From Methanomassiliicoccaceae archaeon (GTDB lineage: Archaea > Thermoplasmatota > Thermoplasmata > Methanomassiliicoccales > Methanomethylophilaceae), in NCBI GenBank assembly GCA_031285205.1, contig JAITWO010000002.1, forward strand, positions 1-27,965: DNA of 27,965 nt, read 5' to 3'. Positions 18,159 through 25,053 of this stretch are shown piece by piece. The notes under the pieces are model-generated. The model made no database searches. It was not told the origin of the DNA and saw nothing but the letters and a program-made list of their open reading frames with translations. Both the position numbers and the translations under genes were made by a program. Position 1 is the stretch's first letter. Every line of letters begins with the position of its first letter.

Positions 18159-18439
18159 GATATATCAGGAACGTTGTAACGCTTCAGCTGGACGTAAAAA
18201 AATGCCTGGGGTGCAGGAGATGCGAGGAGGTCTGCCCGCACCGCGTCTTCGCGATGAACGATATGAAGGCGTCCATAAAGGACAGGGATGCGTGCATGGA
18301 GTGCGGCGCATGCGCTCTGAACTGTCCCACTCGTGCCATATCCGTGAAACCGGGTGTCGGGTGTGCAGCGGCGATAATAAAGGGGATGCTCACCGGAAAG
18401 GAGCCGAGCTGTGACTGCTCCGATGATGGTTGCTGCTGA
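18155..18439 (+). CDS. hgcB: Ferredoxin-like HgcB, mercury methylation
   Basis: 94 aa; CLGCRRCEEVCP and CMECGACALNCP 2x[4Fe-4S] motifs, extra Cys70 (GVGCAAA) and C-terminal CDCSDDGCC; ATGA overlap with hgcA. Confidence 0.93.
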   Translation: MRYIRNVVTLQLDVKKCLGCRRCEEVCPHRVFAMNDMKASIKDRDACMECGACALNCPTRAISVKPGVGCAAAIIKGMLTGKEPSCDCSDDGCC

Positions 18440-18599
18440 TCGCTCCGATGATCATGTGATCTGTCTTATTAAGTTGTAGAATATGAATTAGAGAGGCAGG
18501 AAAGGGAGCCGAAAGGGCAACATAGAACGGAGGATGTCATAGAAAACGGAAAAATAACGCAACATGTCACAAATACAGGTGAGCCGGTAGATATTAAAG

Positions 18600-18672
18600 T
18601 GGGCCTGTCCAGATTTGAACTGGAGTCAATAGCACCCCAAGCTACAAGGATACCAAGCTACCCCACAGGCCC
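18600..18672 (-). tRNA. tRNA-Pro (GGG anticodon), CCA not included
   Basis: Minus strand GGGCCUG UG GGGU...UCCU U GUAGC UUGGGGU GCUAU UGAC UCCAG UUCAAAU CUGGA CAGGCCC A; 7-bp acceptor, 5-bp anticodon stem (one G-U), 5-bp T stem all pair. Confidence 0.93.
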
Positions 18673-18709
18673 ATGATGAAAGGGGGTTTGAATGAAAGGG
18701 TTTTGATGA

Positions 18710-18901
18710 TCAGCCCAGCGGCGAGATCTCTTCGATAAGGTTCGCATGCGAAATTATCATCCTGCGGCAGCAGTACCTCTCGAGACCGAGGTCATCGAGC
18801 ACTTTCTGCGGTGCCTCGCCCATCGAGACGCGCTTGACGTACTCGGTGTAAACACTTCCCACCACTTTGCCGCATGTGAAACATCTCACGGGTATTATCA
18901 T
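18710..18901 (-). CDS. rpoN: DNA-directed RNA polymerase subunit N (Rpb10-like)
   Basis: [15 protein letters not shown]...[18 protein letters not shown] zinc-bundle motif. Confidence 0.96.
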   Translation of the reverse strand: MIIPVRCFTCGKVVGSVYTEYVKRVSMGEAPQKVLDDLGLERYCCRRMIISHANLIEEISPLG

Positions 18902-18910
18902 GCCATCACC

Positions 18911-19309
18911 TTAACGATACGACTTCTGCCTCTTGGCGCGTGCGCCGTGCCCCAGCGGGTTCTTCGGTAATTTCCTGCGGGTGTCGTTGATCACGAATGA
19001 CCTGTCGTAGGACCTGAACATCGCTTCAAGCTCATCATCCTTGAAGAAGTCGATGAGCCCTCTCGTGATCGCGGTGCGTATCGCTTCCGCCTGGCCCATC
19101 ACTCCGCCGCCCTGCACATTCACCGATATGTCCACCTTTGACGCTTTCTCCGCCGCCAGCCCGAGGGGCTCCTGTATCTTCAGCCTTGCCAGCTCCGGAC
19201 TGTACACCTCCAGCGGTATCTTGTTTATCGTTACCTTCCCGGTACCTTCTTTGACAACGGCCCTCGCTATGGCCGTCTTCCTCTTCCCACTTGTGTTAAC
19301 TGCGTCCAC
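18911..19309 (-). CDS. rpsI: 30S ribosomal protein uS9
   Basis: SGKRKTAIARAVVKEGTGKVTIN...GGGVMGQAEAIRTAITRGL...DTRRKLPKNPLGHGARAKRQKSYR. Confidence 0.96.
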   Translation of the reverse strand: MDAVNTSGKRKTAIARAVVKEGTGKVTINKIPLEVYSPELARLKIQEPLGLAAEKASKVDISVNVQGGGVMGQAEAIRTAITRGLIDFFKDDELEAMFRSYDRSFVINDTRRKLPKNPLGHGARAKRQKSYR

Positions 19310-19313
19310 GGGA

Positions 19314-19733
19314 TCACCTCACATTAGAACCCAGGAATTTTGCAACGGCACCCAGGGTCGTGTATTTGCCGGTTCTCAATCTCATTGCCTCTTCGACCGT
19401 CTGCTTCTCGACGTCCTTGAACTGCTCCGGGAAGCCGACGAACACATGGATCCTCCTGTACGCCTCCCTTCCGGTGGTCGTGGTCCACGGGATCATCCCT
19501 CTGATCGTCCTCTTCAGCAGAAGGTCTGCGCGGCGCGGATAGTACGGTCCTTTCCTTATCTGTCCGCGGTCCACCTTTTCCTTGAACTGCGCGAACACCA
19601 TCTCCTTCGCCCCGGTGATGATCACATGCTCAGCGTTCAGTACGACTATCTCTTCGCCGTTGAGTATCCGTTCGGCGATGTTGCTTGACAGCCTTCCCAT
19701 GATGTGTCCTTTTGCGTCTATTACCGTTACCAT
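19314..19733 (-). CDS. rplM: 50S ribosomal protein uL13
   Basis: MVTVIDAKGHIMGRLSSNIAERILNGEEIVVLNAEHVIITG...KGPYYPRRADLLLKRTIRGMIP. Confidence 0.95.
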   Translation of the reverse strand: MVTVIDAKGHIMGRLSSNIAERILNGEEIVVLNAEHVIITGAKEMVFAQFKEKVDRGQIRKGPYYPRRADLLLKRTIRGMIPWTTTTGREAYRRIHVFVGFPEQFKDVEKQTVEEAMRLRTGKYTTLGAVAKFLGSNVR

Positions 19734-19737
19734 GGGA

Positions 19738-20100
19738 TCACCTCATTATCCTGACGCCGGATCCCTTGGGGTTCTCTGCCATGAGATCCGCTATCGACAT
19801 CGTCTTTCCGCCTGCTGCAGCTATCGCCGTCTCGGCCTTCTCGGAAAAACTGTATGCCGCCACCGTCACTTTCTTCGATATGCTTCCTGCCGCTAACACC
19901 TTACCGGGGACTAAAACAACGTCCCCTGCCTCAGCGTTTCTGTCAAGCCTGCTCAGGTTGAGTTCGGCCCAGTTCCTCCGGGGTTTCTCAAGCCTTTTAG
20001 CAATGTCTCGCCAGATCGCAGCTCCGGTCTCTCTTTCCTTCGCCTTCAGATCGTCGATCAGGGCGAGGAGGTTCGGATCTGTTTTGAAGATTCTCTTCAT
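19738..20100 (-). CDS. rpl18e: 50S ribosomal protein eL18
   Basis: MKRIFKTDPNLLALIDDLKAKERETGAAIWRDIAKRLEKPRRNWAELNLSRL...VVLVPGKVLAAGSISKKVTVAAYSFS; ORF track start at 20202 is too far upstream. Confidence 0.93.
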   Translation of the reverse strand: MKRIFKTDPNLLALIDDLKAKERETGAAIWRDIAKRLEKPRRNWAELNLSRLDRNAEAGDVVLVPGKVLAAGSISKKVTVAAYSFSEKAETAIAAAGGKTMSIADLMAENPKGSGVRIMR

Positions 20101-20145
20101 AGTCTGACTCTCCCGACATCGGGTAACGCTCCAATGAACAGGTTG

Positions 20146-20153
20146 TTTATAAA
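20146..20153 (-). promoter_or_regulatory. TATA box candidate (TTTATAAA) for the eL18-uL13-uS9-rpoN operon
   Basis: Perfect TTTATAAA about 46 nt upstream of the eL18 ATG. Confidence 0.5.
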
Positions 20154-20336
20154 CATATCGTGCGTAAAATAAGGACGGGCCCTTTTCCTCATGCGGCCGC
20201 ATTGCATATGCTCTTTTAAATATTGACCTGACCGTCCGCCGGCCGAGGGCACGTATCCATCGCCGTTCACATGTATGCGCGCCAATATAGTAAAATAGTA
20301 GCCCGAGATTTCGTTGTAGTCAGCCGAGGTGCGAAA

Positions 20337-21389
20337 ATGATAAGGTTTGGTCCCGCAGGAATCCCGTTGTCGTGTAAAGGTCGTACGTTGAAGGACGGCA
20401 TAGAAGATGTGCATAACCTCGGTCTCACCGCGATCGAGATACCCATGGTAAGGGCCGGTACCGTTGAACGGTATCCGGAGGAAGAAGAGATAGGATTATG
20501 CATCAGGGACCTCAAGGATGGTCTCGTCGTTGAAATAATACGTGATGATATGCAGATATGCGACCCAAAGGAGCCCATTGAGAGTGATGACATCCTGGTG
20601 ATGATGGCGTCCGGTGTCGCTGACTCGTATGCGTCCCTCATGCCCATAGGCAATATGGCGAAGAGGCTTGACGTGAAGGTCTCGATGCACACCCCGTACT
20701 ACATGGACCTGGGAAGCAACAACGAGCACACCGCAAGATGCCTCAACAACATAAGGCACGCCGGCATAATAACCAACGCGCTGGGAGGCGATGTCGTCGT
20801 GACCAACCTCGGACTGTACGATGACCTCAACAACACTGATGAGATAGACGCCAACATCATTGATAACGTACTTTCTATAATGGAATGGTGGGAGGACTCC
20901 GGGATCCGGACAAGACTGGGAGTGGAGATTACAGGGCGCATAGAGGCCTTCGGATCGCTGGACCAGGTGCTTGACCTCTGCGACAGGGTGGACGGCATCG
21001 TCCCCATCATGAATTTTCCGCATTATCATTCGAGGACGCGCGGCTCGCTCCTGACGGCTGCGGACTTCAAGGAGGTGCTGGATCAGATCTCACCCTATTG
21101 TAAGGACGGGATACACACGCTCTTCTCGGGTGTTGAGCACAACGACGGCAACGAGCGCCGCCTCACACCCATTAAGAAAGGGGATCTGAAATTCGAGCCG
21201 CTGGCTGAAACGCTTGCGGACATGGACCGTGATGTGACCGTCATATCCGGGTCGCCGCTGCTTGAGCATGATGCTATGTACATGAAGGTGATACACGAGC
21301 GTGTCCTCACCAAGAGGGTGGTAAAGGCGATGAGGGCCAAGAAGAAGGACGAAGCGACGACCGGTGGGACGTACGAAGAGGATGACTGA
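20337..21389 (+). CDS. Endonuclease IV-like / xylose isomerase-like TIM barrel protein
   Basis: MIRFGPAGIPLSCKGRTLKDGIEDVHNLGLTAIEIP...VSMHTPYYMDL...GVEITGR...HYHSRTRGSL...HTLFSGVEHNDGNERRLTPIKKGDLKFEPL. Confidence 0.75.
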   Translation: MIRFGPAGIPLSCKGRTLKDGIEDVHNLGLTAIEIPMVRAGTVERYPEEEEIGLCIRDLKDGLVVEIIRDDMQICDPKEPIESDDILVMMASGVADSYASLMPIGNMAKRLDVKVSMHTPYYMDLGSNNEHTARCLNNIRHAGIITNALGGDVVVTNLGLYDDLNNTDEIDANIIDNVLSIMEWWEDSGIRTRLGVEITGRIEAFGSLDQVLDLCDRVDGIVPIMNFPHYHSRTRGSLLTAADFKEVLDQISPYCKDGIHTLFSGVEHNDGNERRLTPIKKGDLKFEPLAETLADMDRDVTVISGSPLLEHDAMYMKVIHERVLTKRVVKAMRAKKKDEATTGGTYEEDD

Positions 21390-21925
21390 TGCCGTCGATC
21401 GATTATATCATAGATGCGGTTAAAGACGCTGTCGCCGCCGTCGACCCGAAAGCGGTGGATGAACTGATAGATAATATCATACACTCCAAGACCGTCTTCG
21501 TGTTCGGAGTGGGGAGGTCGGGGCTGGCGGGGCAGTTCTTCTGCGTCAGATTGGTCCAGATGGGCCTGGATGTGCATTTTGTCGGTGAGATGACGACGCC
21601 GATAATAACCAAGGATGACCTTACGATACTCATCTCCGGTACCGGAAATACGATGTCGGCCGTTCAGACGGCGAACATAGCCAGACGCATCGGTTCTAAG
21701 GTCATGGCGGTCACCGCCCGGGCTGATACGAAACTTGCGATAGCATCCGATTCGGTCATTCTGCTTCCGGAGGCCAGGGATAAAGAGAGATCAAAATATG
21801 CGCCGCTCGGCACCATATTTGAAAATGCGGCCGTCCTTTTCCTGGACAGCATAGTACCGATGATAATGGAACGCCTTGGGCTCACGGAATCTGACATGAG
21901 GAAGCGTCACGCCATCTGGGTGTGA
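21389..21925 (+). CDS. hxlB: 6-phospho-3-hexuloisomerase (SIS domain)
   Basis: 178 aa; VFVFGVGRSGLAGQFFCVRLVQMGLDVHFVGEMTTPIITKDDLTILISGTGNT; C-terminal RHAIWV; ATG overlaps upstream TGA. Confidence 0.85.
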   Translation: MPSIDYIIDAVKDAVAAVDPKAVDELIDNIIHSKTVFVFGVGRSGLAGQFFCVRLVQMGLDVHFVGEMTTPIITKDDLTILISGTGNTMSAVQTANIARRIGSKVMAVTARADTKLAIASDSVILLPEARDKERSKYAPLGTIFENAAVLFLDSIVPMIMERLGLTESDMRKRHAIWV

Positions 21926-22425
21926 TCCTCCAAGACCACCATCGATGCTTCCGTTGTGCCGTCAGCTGAGCCTTTGAATACCTTCATCTCTTCCTTCATC
22001 GGGTCTATGACCATCGCGAACCCCGTTTCTCCGAACGCCGCCTTATGTGTGCTCTTATCGGTCTCTGACATGAAGCACCCTATCCCCAGATGAGAATGGT
22101 ACCATCCTACTATCACATACTCGAAATCGAGGTTGTCCAGTGCATCGAACAGCGTCACCATGTCATCAGGGTCGAAACGCACGCTTACCTCGTCCGATAT
22201 GAGCGCCGACGTGACCGCTTTGCTCACTGTTGCGTAATACCCGCCGTCATCCCTGTACACATGCCCCGCCAGGAGTCCCATGACCTCCGCGTTCTCATTC
22301 ATCCCTTTCTCAGCGTGGTCAAGCATGTCGCATATCGCCCCCTCTGAGACAAAGATGTCGGCATTCACCGCCCTTCTGCGTTCGGGTATGTCCGCGGCCG
22401 TGTGCTGTGTTATGAGTGGCATCAT
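21907..22425 (-). CDS. JAMM/MPN(+) (JAB1/Mov34) metallopeptidase, probable Ubl isopeptidase
   Basis: 172 aa; E47 in EVMGLLAG, H110-S-H112-LGIGCFM-S120-ET-D123 = intact HxHx7SxxD; 4-nt overlap with E2 stop. Confidence 0.9.
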   Translation of the reverse strand: MMPLITQHTAADIPERRRAVNADIFVSEGAICDMLDHAEKGMNENAEVMGLLAGHVYRDDGGYYATVSKAVTSALISDEVSVRFDPDDMVTLFDALDNLDFEYVIVGWYHSHLGIGCFMSETDKSTHKAAFGETGFAMVIDPMKEEMKVFKGSADGTTEASMVVLEDHTQMA

Positions 22426-22910
22426 TTGCTCCCGAAGCTCACGTACGCATTAATCTTTGTCTCGTTGTCCATATAGAACCTTGATGATTCCATACATATC
22501 TCAAGACCGAACGGGTTCGATATGTTCGGACTTCCCACAAGATTCTCCACTGCCTTCATGAATGACAGCAGCGTGGAGCCGAATGACCACTTATCAAGCA
22601 GTTTTATGCAGACGTACCCTCCGTCCTCAGGCGGCATGATGTTCGGATGGAATATCGGCGTCTCCCACCTTGCCCTCGGCTTCTCGAAGGGATATTCCTC
22701 ATTTATCACCACTTTGTACCTGTGGTCCTTTATCTGCACCACCTCATCATCCGTCTTAGCGTATGCGGGAACATTGGTCATGTTCACGGTTATCTCTATC
22801 GGAAATGTCACCTTGTCCGGGTCGAACCGTATGTCCGACCCTATGTAGCCGGAGCACCTCTCCAGCTCATTGGTCAGTCTTTTTATCAGCACCGGTCGCG
22901 GAAGCCCCAA
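22422..22910 (-). CDS. Ubiquitin-conjugating enzyme E2-like protein (UBC fold)
   Basis: 162 aa, TTG start immediately after the Ubl stop; YPFEKPRARWETPIFHPNIMPPEDGGYVCIKLLDKWSFGSTLLSFMKAVENLVGSPNISNPF: HPN (88-90) and candidate catalytic Cys101. Confidence 0.9.
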   Translation of the reverse strand: MGLPRPVLIKRLTNELERCSGYIGSDIRFDPDKVTFPIEITVNMTNVPAYAKTDDEVVQIKDHRYKVVINEEYPFEKPRARWETPIFHPNIMPPEDGGYVCIKLLDKWSFGSTLLSFMKAVENLVGSPNISNPFGLEICMESSRFYMDNETKINAYVSFGSK

Positions 22911-23150
22911 TCAGCCACCCTCCGGGTCCGGAAGAAGCTCCAGGACATCATCGTTGAGGATGTTCGCCTCCATCACAGTGTCTGTTGCCCTCAGCAGCGA
23001 TTTCCCTTTTCTGAGCACGTACGCCCTCGGATCCTTCTTCCAGAACTCCGCGGCGCTCTCTATTATATCATATACAGTCTCTTTCGGCCCGAGGTCCATC
23101 TTCAGTGTCGCGCCGAGCGTTGCGTTCTTTACCAAAACGTGTATCCCCAT
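22911..23150 (-). CDS. Ubiquitin-like beta-grasp modifier with mature C-terminal Gly-Gly
   Basis: 79 aa; MGIHVLVKNATLGATLKMDLGPKETVYDIIESAAEFW...YVLRKGKSLLRATDTVMEANILNDDVLELLPDPEGG-stop; sits between E1-like and E2-like genes. Confidence 0.85.
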   Translation of the reverse strand: MGIHVLVKNATLGATLKMDLGPKETVYDIIESAAEFWKKDPRAYVLRKGKSLLRATDTVMEANILNDDVLELLPDPEGG

Positions 23151-23152
23151 TC

Positions 23153-23923
23153 TTACTCCTCCTCATGATTCGCACATCTGTCATCCTTCTTTATCTCCAA
23201 TACGATCGTTTCACCGGACATCCCGTCATAGAACGCCGCGTTCCTGATGCATATGTCCTCCCTGCCGGACGCTATCTTGACCGCCTCCCGTATCTGCATG
23301 GCGGCTATCGCTGACGTTGTTGTTATCTCGGCGGCCATCTTCGGAACGTAAAAGACCGATCCGTTGCCGGTGCAGCTGAACCTTGTTTCCGCGATACCGT
23401 AATGCGACCTGTTCATGGAGCACTGAAGGCACGGCCCGTCCGGGAGGACGACCTGCACTTTACCGTACATCCCGTCCGTGCCTCCGTCCACGTACGGTAT
23501 CCTGTGATAACAGGCATGAGCATTCACGTGGAGCCTTGCAGATATATTGTCAACGCACCCTAAAATCATACTGAATTCATCCCAGTCGCCGATATCCTGT
23601 GCGAGTGTGCGCCTTGGTGTTATCGTCACCTCATGATCAAGTTCTGATGCACGCATCGCCAGTATATCGGATTTCATGCCTTCTTTTACATCCGATCCTC
23701 TGAAGAAGACGCATCTGTTGAGATTTGATGTTACGACGGAATCATTGTCCGCTATCGTGATATCCCTGAACCCGGACAGCACAAGGCACTTCACCGCCTC
23801 GTTCCCCAGGGCGCCCGCTCCGACGACAAGACATCTGGCCCTTCCGATCTTATCGATATTCACCCAATCGATCCTCTTCGATCTGTCGAAACGGTCCATG
23901 TCGTATTCCTTGGCTCTGATCAT
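23153..23923 (-). CDS. E1-like ThiF/MoeB-family adenylating enzyme
   Basis: Probable start MIRAKEYDMDRFDRSKRIDWVN; VVGAGALGNE, IADNDSVVTSNLNRCVFF, GCVDNISARLHVN, candidate catalytic Cys in RFSCTGNG; CLQC plus C-terminal CANH as possible Zn ligands; track ORF start at 24163 reads through the AT-rich promoter. Confidence 0.9.
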   Translation of the reverse strand: MIRAKEYDMDRFDRSKRIDWVNIDKIGRARCLVVGAGALGNEAVKCLVLSGFRDITIADNDSVVTSNLNRCVFFRGSDVKEGMKSDILAMRASELDHEVTITPRRTLAQDIGDWDEFSMILGCVDNISARLHVNAHACYHRIPYVDGGTDGMYGKVQVVLPDGPCLQCSMNRSHYGIAETRFSCTGNGSVFYVPKMAAEITTTSAIAAMQIREAVKIASGREDICIRNAAFYDGMSGETIVLEIKKDDRCANHEEE

Positions 23924-23960
23924 CTGTTCTAACAACGCCGCCGTAGTATAATAGGTATAT

Positions 23961-23973
23961 CTATTTATATTTA
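23961..23973 (-). promoter_or_regulatory. TATA-box candidate (TAAATATAAATAG) for the Ubl-conjugation operon
   Basis: Minus-strand TAAATATAAATAG about 38-50 nt upstream of the E1 ATG; flanked by an exact 10-bp plus-strand direct repeat TAGTATAATA at 23944 and 23972. Confidence 0.5.
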
Positions 23974-24053
23974 GTATAATATTCATACTGTGCCGAACGG
24001 GGTGCCGACGCAGAACGGTAAAAATATAACCGCAGTGTGCATCCGTATGAATA

Positions 24054-24263
24054 ATGACCAGCCTTCCCGAGCATGGACACTGTGAGAACTGCGGCGACCC
24101 CGTACCGTTCGGCCAACACTTCTGCGATGACGATTGTTCCAAAGAATACAATACGGACATCAAAGAAGCAAAAAGGCTGGATAACAGGTTCTACATCATC
24201 ATGGCGGCTGTGCTCAGTGCTGTCGCTGTCGCCGCCGCCCTTGTCAAGATATATGTTCTCTGA
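24054..24263 (+). CDS. Small zinc-ribbon protein with C-terminal transmembrane helix (DUF2116-like)
   Basis: 69 aa; HCENCGDPVPFGQHFCDDDCSKEYN then FYIIMAAVLSAVAVAAALVKIYVL. Confidence 0.75.
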   Translation: MTSLPEHGHCENCGDPVPFGQHFCDDDCSKEYNTDIKEAKRLDNRFYIIMAAVLSAVAVAAALVKIYVL

Positions 24264-25053
24264 TCTGGCGCACCGTGCCTTTCACGTCGTGCACCCTTAC
24301 GATATCGGCGCCGTTCCTTATGCATTCGATCACAGACATCATACTCGCATCCTCCCTCCGCATGCCCGGGTATGCATACTGCAGGAACGACTTCATTGAT
24401 GTTCCGGTAAGCAGCGGATATCCTTTTCTGAACACTCTGAGGTCACTTATTATCTCGATGTTCTGCTCATACGTCTTGCCGAAGCCTATGCCCGGGTCGA
24501 GTATCATATTTCCCTTTTTTATCCCCGCGTCCGCCGCCCTTGCGCATGCATCGTCAAAGAATCCGGATATCTGTGCGATGACGTCTCCGGACATCGTGTT
24601 CATCTGCATGTTCTGTGGAATTCCATGCATATGCATTATGATCACCGGAACGCCGGCGGATGCCGCCACCCTGATCATCTCATCGTCCCTCAGTCCGCCC
24701 ACGTCGTTGATCATGCTTGCGCCGGCGTCCAGTGCCGCCTCCGCGGTCTCGTGGTTCATCGTGTCCACCGACACCGGGACATTAAGCGACGGTGCGGCCT
24801 CCCGTATCACATCCATTATCCTTGCCCTCTCCTCTTCCGGCGCCACCGGGACGGAACCTGGCCTTGTGGACTCCCCGCCCACGTCTATTATGTCCGCGCC
24901 CTCGTCCTCCATCTCAAAGATACGTTCCACAGCGTCCTTCCCCGAGTACCTCACCGTGTCAGAGAATGAATCGGGCGTCAGGTTCAGTATGCCCATTACT
25001 CTCGGCAACTCATAGGTTATCGTGTGTCTGCGGCATTCGGTCGGCGGGATCAC
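24244..25053 (-). CDS. folP: Dihydropteroate synthase
   Basis: VMGILNLTPDSFSD, GADIIDVGGESTRPGS, INDVGG, ILDPGIGFGKT, GTSMKSFL, RVHDVKGT. Confidence 0.9.
   Translation of the reverse strand: MIPPTECRRHTITYELPRVMGILNLTPDSFSDTVRYSGKDAVERIFEMEDEGADIIDVGGESTRPGSVPVAPEEERARIMDVIREAAPSLNVPVSVDTMNHETAEAALDAGASMINDVGGLRDDEMIRVAASAGVPVIIMHMHGIPQNMQMNTMSGDVIAQISGFFDDACARAADAGIKKGNMILDPGIGFGKTYEQNIEIISDLRVFRKGYPLLTGTSMKSFLQYAYPGMRREDASMMSVIECIRNGADIVRVHDVKGTVRQIREHIS

Noticed and set aside
23153-23923. E1-like gene as simple MoeB/ThiF cofactor-biosynthesis enzyme
   Set aside because: Possible in isolation, but direct operonic linkage to a GG-ending Ubl, an E2 and a JAMM makes a conjugation role much more likely.
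23924-24163. N-terminal 80-aa extension of the E1-like ORF to 24163
   Set aside because: Runs through the AT-rich TATA region and into the opposite-strand zinc-ribbon gene with no E1 homology; ATG at 23923 fits the family start.
24073-24399. Plus-strand ORF 24073..24399 (108 aa)
   Set aside because: Out of frame with the supported zinc-ribbon/TM gene 24054..24263 and mostly antisense to folP.
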